From NCBI GenBank assembly GCA_964597925.1, contig CAZQZT010000002.1, positions 103,038 through 167,037 on the forward strand: a stretch of DNA of 64,000 nucleotides, read 5' to 3'. The translations under genes and the position numbers were made by a program. The notes under the pieces were generated by a model. The model searched no databases. It was given only the letters and a program-made list of their open reading frames with translations, and had not been told where the DNA came from. Of the stretch, positions 37,809 to 53,039 are shown piece after piece. Positions within the stretch are counted from its first letter, which is position 1. Every line of letters starts with the position of its first letter. This DNA comes from an uncultured Candidatus Saccharibacteria bacterium (GTDB lineage Bacteria; Patescibacteriota; Saccharimonadia; Saccharimonadales; JBBQAJ01).

Positions 37809-38292
37809 TGGGCTCCGTAAGATGTTGCCGACCATACAATTCGTAGAGTCAACTACTTTTTACTGGTCACCACAAACAAGTTCAATATACATGAATAGTT
37901 CCACTCTGAATAATGAGGATGGACAATGGGCTCTATTGCACGAGGCTAGCCATGCTCTCTTGGACCATCAAAGTTACCATACTGACGTAGGGCTACTGAT
38001 GCTTGAGGTGGAAGCGTGGCAATCTGCTGAATTGCTTAGTAAAAATATGGACATTGCCATCACTGAAGAGCACATACAAGACTGCTTGAACACCTATCGG
38101 GATTGGCTATACGCCAGAAGCACATGTCCGACCTGTGCGCTAAATAGCCTACAGATAGATGAGACAACTTATCTGTGCCTTAACTGCTCTACGCGGTGGT
38201 CGGTTTCTCGATCACGTTTTTGCAGACCCTATAGGATGCAGGACAGACACAAAAAAACACCGTCAGAACTAAATCAGACGGTGTTTCAGTAG
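37789..38292 (+). CDS. putative HExxH metallopeptidase-like protein with C-terminal zinc ribbon
   Basis: LLHEASHALLDH (HExxH) and CPTCALNS...CLNCSTRW (CxxC...CxxC). Overlaps the ROK gene end by 20 nt. Confidence 0.45.
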   Translation: MKSQLLSGLRKMLPTIQFVESTTFYWSPQTSSIYMNSSTLNNEDGQWALLHEASHALLDHQSYHTDVGLLMLEVEAWQSAELLSKNMDIAITEEHIQDCLNTYRDWLYARSTCPTCALNSLQIDETTYLCLNCSTRWSVSRSRFCRPYRMQDRHKKTPSELNQTVFQ

Positions 38293-38305
38293 AATCCTGA
38301 CTGTA

Positions 38306-38503
38306 TTAGACAGTTTTCTTAGTTCGGCGAGAAATTCTCCCACCTTTGGCACCAGCAACGCGGGCTAGTTCACGGTTAGCAAAAAAACCGCCTGTGCGAC
38401 CCTTTTTGCCACCTTGAGCACCGATTTTTGCATAAAAATCAGCACCGTATTTAGCTTTGTTTGTAGATGCAGCAGCTTTGCCGCCAGCTTTAGTTCCAGC
38501 CAT
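38306..38503 (-). CDS. KGG-repeat general stress protein (YciG/GsiB-like)
   Basis: 65 aa with repeated GG(K/R)KG / GAKGG motifs (AKIGAQGGKKGRTGG...ARVAGAKGGRISRR). SD GGGAGG upstream. Confidence 0.7.
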   Translation of the reverse strand: MAGTKAGGKAAASTNKAKYGADFYAKIGAQGGKKGRTGGFFANRELARVAGAKGGRISRRTKKTV

Positions 38504-38525
38504 TCGAAACCTCCCTGTTAATTAG

Positions 38526-38561
38526 AAATAAAAAAGGGTCTTCTGCCTGAGCAGAAAACCC
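38526..38561 (-). terminator. rho-independent terminator
   Basis: Minus strand: GGGUUUUCUGC-UCAG-GCAGAAGACCC followed by UUUUUUAUUU. Confidence 0.75.
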
Positions 38562-38634
38562 TCTAGCTTCTTTCGAAGTTATGGTTATGTTAGCATAACG
38601 TTTTTAATATGTCAAATACCTTATGGTTGTGCGT

Positions 38635-38874
38635 TTAAGGAGTGTTTGGTGTTGCAGGGGATTCTGTGGGAGTTTTGATGGGAGCTGTGTTGATACCTTG
38701 GTCGGTGGTTTCACGAAATATCACGGCTCGTTTAGGGAAGATGACCAAGTAATCACCCCGCTCAACATCTTCGTAAAACTCTTCGTTAGATTTTTTGAGC
38801 TTTTCTGGGTCATCTATCCGGGCTACTGTTGGGTGTTCTGTTTCGTTGATAAGTAATTGTTTCTTAGTAACCAA
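38635..38874 (-). CDS. small hypothetical protein (TTG start)
   Basis: 79 aa with a plausible composition (…DPEKLKKSNEEFYEDVERGDYLVIFPKRAVIF…) and a terminator downstream. The overlapping plus-strand ORF (38623-38856) is Cys/Phe/Trp-rich junk. Confidence 0.45.
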   Translation of the reverse strand: MVTKKQLLINETEHPTVARIDDPEKLKKSNEEFYEDVERGDYLVIFPKRAVIFRETTDQGINTAPIKTPTESPATPNTP

Positions 38875-38965
38875 ATTTGAGTTTGCTTAAACCGTCAGTT
38901 CTAAGATCATGAAAAAGGAGCCCTTATTGGACTCCTTTTATTATCTATTTAAGGATTACCTCGAG

Positions 38966-39508
38966 CTATTTTTTGTTTAATTCTACGCCCATAGCAATAG
39001 TGAATGAACCTATTATCAGGGAGTAAAGACCTAGGACCCATACAAATGCCAAGCTACCTGTTACTGGGTAGCGCCAAATAGCGATACCGGCTGTGATAGC
39101 GAGCAAACCGCCTATAACCGCCAAAACACGGTTTTCAGTTTCATCACCGACAAATGCTACTACCAGCTCGATTACTCCTTCGGCAATCAGTGTAATTGCT
39201 AAAAGTACAACTATTGTAGCAACCGAGATGCCCGGACGCTGTACCAAGTACGCGCCAATACCTAGCTGTAAAAAACCTAAAATCATACCGAATACCCAGT
39301 GATTGGTTTCATGTCGATTTAGAACGCTGGAAACGAGTCCTGTTGCGCCTATGACGAGTAGCCATATGGATAGCAATACACCGAATGAAACTAGCGTAAT
39401 GCCTGGCCATACTAAAGCAATGATACCGAAGATAACGGATATTAGTCCGCGCGTTATGAAAAGCTTTCCAGTCATAGACTGAAGCTCAGCAGTTGATGAT
39501 TTTACCAT
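38966..39508 (-). CDS. HdeD-like (DUF308) membrane protein
   Basis: Repeated TM pairs with the family start ...FITRGLISVIFGIIALVWPGITL. Start at the ATG at 39508 with SD AAGGAGG. Confidence 0.7.
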   Translation of the reverse strand: MVKSSTAELQSMTGKLFITRGLISVIFGIIALVWPGITLVSFGVLLSIWLLVIGATGLVSSVLNRHETNHWVFGMILGFLQLGIGAYLVQRPGISVATIVVLLAITLIAEGVIELVVAFVGDETENRVLAVIGGLLAITAGIAIWRYPVTGSLAFVWVLGLYSLIIGSFTIAMGVELNKK

Positions 39509-39695
39509 AGAACCTCCTTGATTGTTTGATAGTTTATTTATAGTACTTATGTACAGAAAAGTCAACGAAATATTTAGGCAATTATCCTCTGAAACCATAT
39601 TAATAGTTAGCCTAGTTGTATTCTTGATAGTAACTTGGCTGATACGTAAACGATAAATGAAAAACGATCCACCGGAAGGACCATTGATAATGCCA

Positions 39696-39731
39696 TGAAA
39701 AGATAAAGGACTCCCTTTCGGAAGTCCTTTA
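39696..39731 (-). terminator. terminator after 5S rRNA
   Basis: Minus strand: AAAGGACUUCC-GAAAG-GGAGUCCUUU, then UAUCUUUUC, starting 7 nt after the 5S end. Confidence 0.6.
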
Positions 39732-39737
39732 TATAAT

Positions 39738-39850
39738 TTGGCACCGTGCTATTTTCCCAGGGTTAAAACCCAAGTATTGTAACCGCTGCGAGGCTTAACT
39801 GCTGTGTTCGGCATGGGAACAGGTGTTTCCCTCGCGCCATGGGCACCAAA
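39738..39850 (-). rRNA. rrf: 5S rRNA
   Basis: Reverse complement reads UUUGGUGCCCAUGGCGCGAGGGAAACACCUGUUCCCAUGCCGAACACAGCAGUUAAGC...GGGAAAAUAGCACGGUGCCAAA. Confidence 0.93.
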
Positions 39851-40070
39851 TTCTGCGTCTCGATGGCGCAGAATTTGGTATTCTACACCTTAGGCGCTCG
39901 TTTGATGCTCAGGCTTATACCATATGTGATATAGAGCTAAATTAGCTTAATACCATCTATGATATATTGCACGTGATTTTGAGATTTTAAGGTAAACGGG
40001 TGGTGATTTAGAACCACCAATAACTAGTCAATGCACTTACTCAGAGAAGGCTCGCGCCTTGTCTGAGTTC

Positions 40071-43295
<3,225 letters not shown>

Positions 43296-43540
43296 CGATA
43301 TTGTGCATCGACTAGTTATTGGTAATTCCAATTTCTTTGCCGTTTGCCTTATCGAACGATTACATACGTTCCATTACGTACATAACCGTATCTATTCTCA
43401 AAATTTGAATCTAATTGTTAAGTTACAAAACTCAAGGAGGCCCAAATACATTACTGTCCTAACCCTGATAACTTGAGTTTATGCTGAAAGTCTGCAGGTC
43501 AATCCTTACAACTTCGTGCTTAAACTCAAGTAGTTGCAAT

Positions 43541-43569
43541 ATCTTATCACCAATAACAGGGGCGGTCAA
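43541..43569 (-). promoter_or_regulatory. candidate sigma-70-type promoter for 23S-5S
   Basis: Minus strand: TTGACC (43564-43569), 17 nt, TAAGAT (43541-43546). About 240 nt upstream of the 23S 5' end. Confidence 0.4.
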
Positions 43570-43658
43570 GCATATTCTGATGTCAAACTTGCTACGCTTT
43601 TACAGTTTAGAAGGAACTAATAAGTACCTAAACTAGCGTAGCAAGTTCTCTGTTATGC

Positions 43659-45401
43659 TTATTTTGTAGTTAGAACGACTAAATTTGAAGCAACTGACTT
43701 GTTGTTGCTTGTATCGACAGCCTGGATGTAATAGGTGTATTTAGTCTTGCGGGCAACGTTTGTATCTGTATATGTCAGACTCGTAGTCTTGGCATAGAGG
43801 ATGCCGTTTCGATATACCCAGTATTCTTTTACGGCTACGTTATCTTTGCTAGCGGTCCAGGTAAGCTTTGGCTTACCGTTCTGTAATCCTCCAGATAGTA
43901 CTGATGCTGTTGGAGCAGTAGTGTCAGTCGGAGACGTAAGTGTACCTAGCGCACGATTCAAGTTTGGCAGAGGACCAATGTTGCCACTCAACGTACCAGC
44001 GCTGGTGTTTTGCAAAGTTCCGGTTTGAATCAAAGTGCTGCGTATTTGTGCAGGAGTCAGTAGTTTACCTGGGTTGAGCGTTTTATATGCAGAGCTTAGC
44101 GATGCTATCGCTGAAGCTACAATTGGAGCAGCCGAACTTGTGCCATTGAAGTTTGATGTATATGCACCATTTGGTGTGGTACCTGCTTCTAATGCACCAT
44201 AACCAGCCGTTGTTACACATTCTCCATGACCTTGTAGTTCAACACGTGATCCATAATTGCTAAAGTACAATCGAGCATTTAGCGGTGCGGCACAAGCAGA
44301 ACCCGCGCCAGCAATCACTGAACCAGAGCTAACTTTGCCCATAGGAAACGTTGTGCCCCATACAGCAGTATCGTCTAGGTTATGACCGCTGTTAGCTGCT
44401 GCCTGTACAACGTTTATGCCGCTATCTGTCAGTGCTTTTATGGCGTCATATATAGCTGGCTCCCATTCAACCGGTGCATAGCCGCCTACGCTTGATGGAG
44501 CCCATGTTTGCTGTTCAATAAGCACTACGTCGCCAGGTACAGCTCGAGTAGCAGCAGTCTGCAGTGCACCCACTATATCCCAGCCACGTTCTTGATTGTA
44601 GGTATTAACTCGTGACAATGCCGCCCCACTAACTGCGCCAGTTACGCCCGTGCTATTATCTGTAGCAACTATCTCGCCCAACACTGCCGTACCGTGGTTG
44701 GAGTCATTAAAAGGATCTGCCGGAGTTCCGTTATTTAGATTGCTACCGACGGCTTTTGCTAAATCTTCATGACTAGCGTTCCAGCTGTATTCTAGATCAA
44801 TTACACGAACCGCACTACCGTTTCCGCCAGGAATAGTTTTGGCATAGGCAGAGTCAATCCCATAGGGGCTGGCGTTTAGGTATTTCTGCAAACTAGTGTA
44901 GTTGTTTACAGTAGGAGCTGGAGCGGGCTTGGATTGTGGATATACAGTTTCCACGCTGTCCAATAATGCAATCTTACCGACAAGTGCTTGTATGTTGTCA
45001 CTTGGCTTAACTTTAACTACAAAATAGTCGTCAAGATTACTGGCTAGTTTCTTACTATAAGCAGTTTCTGGTTCGCTACTTTGACCCACTAGTTTTTCTA
45101 GCTTTTGCTTGCCGGCATCATTTAGAACCTTGTTTAGGTTGCTGGCTTTGGCTTGAGACTTGGTGGTTTTTGGTTTGAAGTTGCTGGACTGGTCTATTTC
45201 CAGCTGCGCGGTATCTTTTAGCTTAACTATCAGACTATCATTGCGATATTTCTGACTGTCAGAATAATCATTGTTTGGACTTGAACCAGCGCCAACAGCG
45301 CTACCGGAACCGAACAGATTAGTAGCGACCAATAGTGTTGCCAGAAACGTCGATAGAACAGATACCGGAACTTTACCAAAACGTGTATTTCGTAACTTCA
45401 A
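43659..45401 (-). CDS. secreted subtilisin-family (S8) serine protease with propeptide-like N-region and C-terminal FN3-like domain
   Basis: Signal peptide (MKLRNTRFGKVPVSVLSTFLATLLVATNLFG). Catalytic D (VRVIDLEYSW), H (SNHGTAVLGEIVA), N (AAANSGHN), S (NGTSSAAPIVAS). C-terminal beta-sandwich (KPKLTWTASKDNVAVKEYWVYRNG...YTYYIQAVDTSNN). TTG start with SD GGUGAGG. Confidence 0.9.
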   Translation of the reverse strand: MKLRNTRFGKVPVSVLSTFLATLLVATNLFGSGSAVGAGSSPNNDYSDSQKYRNDSLIVKLKDTAQLEIDQSSNFKPKTTKSQAKASNLNKVLNDAGKQKLEKLVGQSSEPETAYSKKLASNLDDYFVVKVKPSDNIQALVGKIALLDSVETVYPQSKPAPAPTVNNYTSLQKYLNASPYGIDSAYAKTIPGGNGSAVRVIDLEYSWNASHEDLAKAVGSNLNNGTPADPFNDSNHGTAVLGEIVATDNSTGVTGAVSGAALSRVNTYNQERGWDIVGALQTAATRAVPGDVVLIEQQTWAPSSVGGYAPVEWEPAIYDAIKALTDSGINVVQAAANSGHNLDDTAVWGTTFPMGKVSSGSVIAGAGSACAAPLNARLYFSNYGSRVELQGHGECVTTAGYGALEAGTTPNGAYTSNFNGTSSAAPIVASAIASLSSAYKTLNPGKLLTPAQIRSTLIQTGTLQNTSAGTLSGNIGPLPNLNRALGTLTSPTDTTAPTASVLSGGLQNGKPKLTWTASKDNVAVKEYWVYRNGILYAKTTSLTYTDTNVARKTKYTYYIQAVDTSNNKSVASNLVVLTTK

Positions 45402-45427
45402 ATCAAATACCTCACCTTTACAGCGCC

Positions 45428-45456
45428 ATTATACCACCTACTATTGAATTTGTCAA
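45428..45456 (-). promoter_or_regulatory. perfect consensus sigma-70 promoter of the protease gene
   Basis: Minus strand: TTGACA (45451-45456), 17 nt, TATAAT (45428-45433). About 27 nt upstream of the TTG start. Confidence 0.75.
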
Positions 45457-45473
45457 CTACTACGTTTTGTGTC

Positions 45474-45501
45474 TATAAAAAACCCACCTTTCGGTGGATT
45501 C
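45474..45501 (-). terminator. rho-independent terminator directly after tRNA-Ala
   Basis: Minus strand: AAUCCACC-GAAA-GGUGGGUU followed by UUUUUAUAG. Confidence 0.7.
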
Positions 45502-45507
45502 TTTATT

Positions 45508-45584
45508 TGGTGGAGCAACAGGGACTCGAACCCTGGACCCCCTACTTGCAAAGCAGGTGCTCTAGCCAACTGAGCTATTGCCCC
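45508..45584 (-). tRNA. tRNA-Ala (UGC), CCA encoded
   Basis: Reverse complement: GGGGCAATAGCTCAGTTGGCTAGAGCACCTGCTTTGCAAGTAGGGGGTCCAGGGTTCGAGTCCCTGTTGCTCCACCA. G3:U70 present. Confidence 0.95.
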
Positions 45585-45661
45585 AAAGTGTATTTTCCAT
45601 AGGAGACTCAAGTCTCCTTAGAAAACATTATACTTTTGCTTCGCAAAAGTGAAATGTATTC

Positions 45662-45738
45662 TGGTGGGCGATGAGGGACTCGAACCTCCGACCTCGTCAT
45701 TATCAGTGACGCGCTCTAACCAGCTGAGCTAATCGCCC
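45662..45738 (-). tRNA. tRNA-Ile (GAU), CCA encoded
   Basis: Reverse complement: GGGCGATTAGCTCAGCTGGTTAGAGCGCGTCACTGATAATGACGAGGTCGGAGGTTCGAGTCCCTCATCGCCCACCA. Confidence 0.95.
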
Positions 45739-45980
45739 CTACTTGAACTGGGCTATTGTACCCGATTTCCCTCTGTTAAACAACTGGCCCATAAAAAGAG
45801 CGCCTCTCGCAGGGGCGCCCTTATTGTTAAAAACATATATAGTGCAATCAACGTCAGGTCGGTTCAAAACTGGTATCTCGTCCTCTTGCGAGGAAAAGTA
45901 GATTATCAGTTTTGACAATAATCTACCAAGATCGACCTAGCTCGCACAGGATTGCTCCGCATGCTGCTAGTTTTCTCCCT

Positions 45981-47531
<1,551 letters not shown>

Positions 47532-47705
47532 AAAGTAGAATATGATCATGAAACAGTCGAACATGTAATTCTCGAAAGAACTACACTGACTTAATTTTCA
47601 AAAAACAATTCAAATGAACTGACGTTGATTTGCACTATATAAGTTTTTAACGAACTGACTTTTCTAGAGACACCTTAACAAGAACTCCGAAAAGACGTAA
47701 GGGCT

Positions 47706-47734
47706 AGTGTACCTATCCGCACCCCTTATGTCAA
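47706..47734 (-). promoter_or_regulatory. candidate 16S promoter
   Basis: Minus strand: TTGACA (47729-47734), 17 nt, TACACT (47706-47711). About 175 nt upstream of the 16S 5' end. Confidence 0.5.
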
Positions 47735-47776
47735 CAGTATTTCTGGCAATATAAGCAGTAGCATTTACAACAATAC

Positions 47777-48163
47777 TTATGTTCGCTTGACCTCTAGGCC
47801 GATTAACCATCGAGAAAGCTGTCTTGCTGCCTGCTCTGCTCTATTTCTGGGTATTAATAAATCCCGGGTGGTCAGTACAATTGAAGAACTAGATGTAAAT
47901 ACAGCACAAGGTACCTCTAGTTCATGGGCTAAAGCCAGTAACTCTTTGCCAGTGTTTTCTTTTTTCTTAAAATTAGCCGGCGCCATAATCACTGCTTCGA
48001 AGGTCTTGTCTAAATCTTCTTTTGCAAAAATTTCTGAATCGTAAGTATCAGCACGCAAAGTCATTAACTTACCGATCACATCCATCCATGCAGGTAGGTA
48101 AAGACCTCCTGGTGAAGTATCGAAAAGCATCACTGCTCTTGGAGCTGGTTCTGGCTGTGTCAT
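47777..48163 (-). CDS. hypothetical cytoplasmic protein (128 aa)
   Basis: ORF with an alternating beta/alpha pattern (AVMLFDTS...FEAVIMAPANF...VPCAVFTSSS). No motif recognised. Confidence 0.45.
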   Translation of the reverse strand: MTQPEPAPRAVMLFDTSPGGLYLPAWMDVIGKLMTLRADTYDSEIFAKEDLDKTFEAVIMAPANFKKKENTGKELLALAHELEVPCAVFTSSSSIVLTTRDLLIPRNRAEQAARQLSRWLIGLEVKRT

Positions 48164-48273
48164 ATTTAGGCTTCGACAAGAGTTAATCGTAGGGTCTCTC
48201 TTGATTCAAAGATGGCATCAGGCATGGCTAAGATTATATTGCTGAAACTGGTTACTTAGCAAGCAGTAGAACT

Positions 48274-50898
48274 TTATTCCTCTGGAGCTTCGGCTGAAGC
48301 TTTTGTCTCTTCGTCGTCTTCTTCTGGTGCTTTGTCTACCAGAGCTAGTGAGACTACTCTGTCATCTTCGTTCAGACGCATAATTCTCACACCTTGTGTG
48401 GCACGACCAAGCTGTGGCGTGTCTTTCAATCCTAAGCGGATTGTCTGACCGTTTTGGCTGATGATGATTACTTCTTGTGTGTCATCACCGTTAAGGGTCT
48501 TCACGCCTATGAGTTCGCCTGTCTTCTTGTTTACCACTGCAGAGCGTATACCCACACCGCCCCGTTTATGAGGACTAAACTGGTCTATCTTCGTTCTTTT
48601 GCCATAGCCAAGCTCACTAATCACAAATATACTACTACCTTCTTCTACGAGGTCCATGCCAATAACTTGGTCACCCGCTCGCAGGCGAATCCCACGTACA
48701 CCACGGCTTACGCGCCCCATTGGTCGGGAGTCTTTTTCGTGGAAACGGATTGCCTGGCCCTGTTTTGTAGAGATTACGACTTCATTATCACCAGTTGTCA
48801 TTCGAATCCACTTAAGTTCATCGCCGTCGTCTAGGTTTATTGCAATCAAACCGGACTGACGAACATTTTTATACTGTTCAAACGGCGTTTTCTTCACCAC
48901 ACCACGAACCGTACACATAAGTAGGTTACCTGTCACATTTTTACTGACGTTTATAACTGAGCTTATGGTCTCTTCTGGTTGCAGTTGTAGCAGATTCACT
49001 ACGGCTATACCCTTGGCATTAAGACCAACCGCCGGTACTTCGTAAGTCTTCAGACGGAAAACCCTACCCTTGTTGGTAAAGAACAACAAGAAGTCATGGG
49101 TACTAGCATTTACTACGTGCTCTATCACATCTTCTTCTCTGGTAGCCATGCCTCGTTTGCCCTTACCGCCACGGTTCTGTCTGCGATAATCACCAATCTG
49201 ACTACGTTTTATATAGTTGGCGCTGGTTAGAGTTACTACTACCTGCTCGTCAGGTATTAGATCTTCATCTGCCATCTTGCCAAGTTCTTGTGGAATCACT
49301 TTAGTACGACGCTCATCGCCATATTGTTTTTTCAGTTCTATCAGCTCGTCTTTGATAATCTTTAGTATTTTCTTTTCGTCTGCCAAAATAGCTTCCAGGC
49401 CAGCAATAATCTTCTGTAATTCTGCTAGCTCATCTTCTACTTTTTGGCGCTCCAGCCCAGCAAGTGCACGTAGTTGCATAGCCAAAATTGCTTTGGCCTG
49501 TATGTCTGTCAGCTTGAACTTTTTAATCAAATTAGCTGCAGCTTCTTCTGTAGTATCGCTATTTCGGATTGTTGTAATTACTTCATCAATATTATCCAAA
49601 GCTATCTTGAGACCTTCTAATATATGGGCTCTATCTTTGGCTTTTCGAAGTTCAAATTCTGTCCTTCGGCGTATCACAATCTGGCGATGTTTTATATGCT
49701 CGCTAAGTATATCTTGCAACCCCAAAACGCGGGGCTGTATGCCGTCTATCAGCGCCATCATGTTAAAGTGAAAACTCTGTTGCAACGGCGTAAGTTTGTA
49801 TAACTGATTTAATAGCTTCTTTGGATATGCGTCTTTTTTCAAATCTATCACGATCCGCACATTGCCACGAGCTGTTTCATCACGTAGATCACTTATACCA
49901 GTTAGTTTTTTGTCGCGTACTAAGTCAGCTATCTTCAGAACCAAAGACTCTTTATTCAGGGAAAACGGAATCTCTGTTATAACTATTTGGCTTTTATTGC
50001 CTTTGGTAGCTTCTATAATTTCCGCCACACCGCGAGTTACAACACCGCCACGACCAGTGGCGTAAGCTATGCGGATAGATTCCTGGCCATAAATCACGCC
50101 GCCTGTTGGAAAATCCGGACCTTTTACGTACTGCAGTAAATCATCGAGGCTTGCATCTGGATGGTCTATCATATGAATTTCTGCATCAACAAGCTCGCCT
50201 AGGTTATGTGGTGGTATGTTAGTAGCCATTCCCACAGCAATACCCAGCTGACCGTTTAGTAGCAGGTTTGGAAGTTTTGCTGGCAAAACTGTCGGCTCAC
50301 TAGTTGTTCCATCATAATTGGGTCGGAAGTCTACGGTTTCTTTGTCTATATCTATGAGCGTCTCGTCGGCCAGTTTGGCCATTTTGGCTTCCGTATAACG
50401 CATAGCAGCTGGCGGATCACCGTCCATACTACCGAAGTTACCCTGACCATTTACCAGCATATAACGCATAGCCCATGGCTGTGCCATACGAACCATAGCG
50501 TCATATATAGAAGAATCTCCGTGCGGGTGATATTTACCCATAACTGCACCAACCACGTTGGCGCTCTTTCTGTGGCGTGCCCCACTACGCAAACCATCTT
50601 CGTGCATACTATATAAAATACGACGGTGGACTGGTTTCATGCCATCACGCACATCCGGCAATGCACGGTCAATGATAACACTCATGGAATAGCGCAAATA
50701 GCTATCTTCCATAATGTTTTCTACTGTTCGTATTTCAACTGCTCGCGAGTGACCACTGTCCATAACATCGGCAGCATGCTCCTGACCACGACGCTGTTCT
50801 TCCATAGATATTTCTACATGCGGCGTTTTTACCACCTCTTCAGGGGCGGTCTGTTCGTCATTTTCCGGCGGAATTATAGGTATTTGTTCATCATCCAT
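48274..50898 (-). CDS. gyrA: DNA gyrase subunit A
   Basis: Catalytic Tyr region ([10 protein letters not shown]), QRDR-like [21 protein letters not shown]-terminal beta-pinwheel repeats. Confidence 0.95.
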   Translation of the reverse strand: MDDEQIPIIPPENDEQTAPEEVVKTPHVEISMEEQRRGQEHAADVMDSGHSRAVEIRTVENIMEDSYLRYSMSVIIDRALPDVRDGMKPVHRRILYSMHEDGLRSGARHRKSANVVGAVMGKYHPHGDSSIYDAMVRMAQPWAMRYMLVNGQGNFGSMDGDPPAAMRYTEAKMAKLADETLIDIDKETVDFRPNYDGTTSEPTVLPAKLPNLLLNGQLGIAVGMATNIPPHNLGELVDAEIHMIDHPDASLDDLLQYVKGPDFPTGGVIYGQESIRIAYATGRGGVVTRGVAEIIEATKGNKSQIVITEIPFSLNKESLVLKIADLVRDKKLTGISDLRDETARGNVRIVIDLKKDAYPKKLLNQLYKLTPLQQSFHFNMMALIDGIQPRVLGLQDILSEHIKHRQIVIRRRTEFELRKAKDRAHILEGLKIALDNIDEVITTIRNSDTTEEAAANLIKKFKLTDIQAKAILAMQLRALAGLERQKVEDELAELQKIIAGLEAILADEKKILKIIKDELIELKKQYGDERRTKVIPQELGKMADEDLIPDEQVVVTLTSANYIKRSQIGDYRRQNRGGKGKRGMATREEDVIEHVVNASTHDFLLFFTNKGRVFRLKTYEVPAVGLNAKGIAVVNLLQLQPEETISSVINVSKNVTGNLLMCTVRGVVKKTPFEQYKNVRQSGLIAINLDDGDELKWIRMTTGDNEVVISTKQGQAIRFHEKDSRPMGRVSRGVRGIRLRAGDQVIGMDLVEEGSSIFVISELGYGKRTKIDQFSPHKRGGVGIRSAVVNKKTGELIGVKTLNGDDTQEVIIISQNGQTIRLGLKDTPQLGRATQGVRIMRLNEDDRVVSLALVDKAPEEDDEETKASAEAPEE

Positions 50899-50899
50899 T

Positions 50900-52921
<2,022 letters not shown>

Positions 52922-53039
52922 TTATAGGTTATTTTTTGAGCCAAAACAACTATTTGCCCTTGTTTGAACACATGGTTTTATGGTTCAATAAGCATGAGTT
53001 CTTATATAAGCAAAAATTACAGAAGTGTAAGCAAAAATT

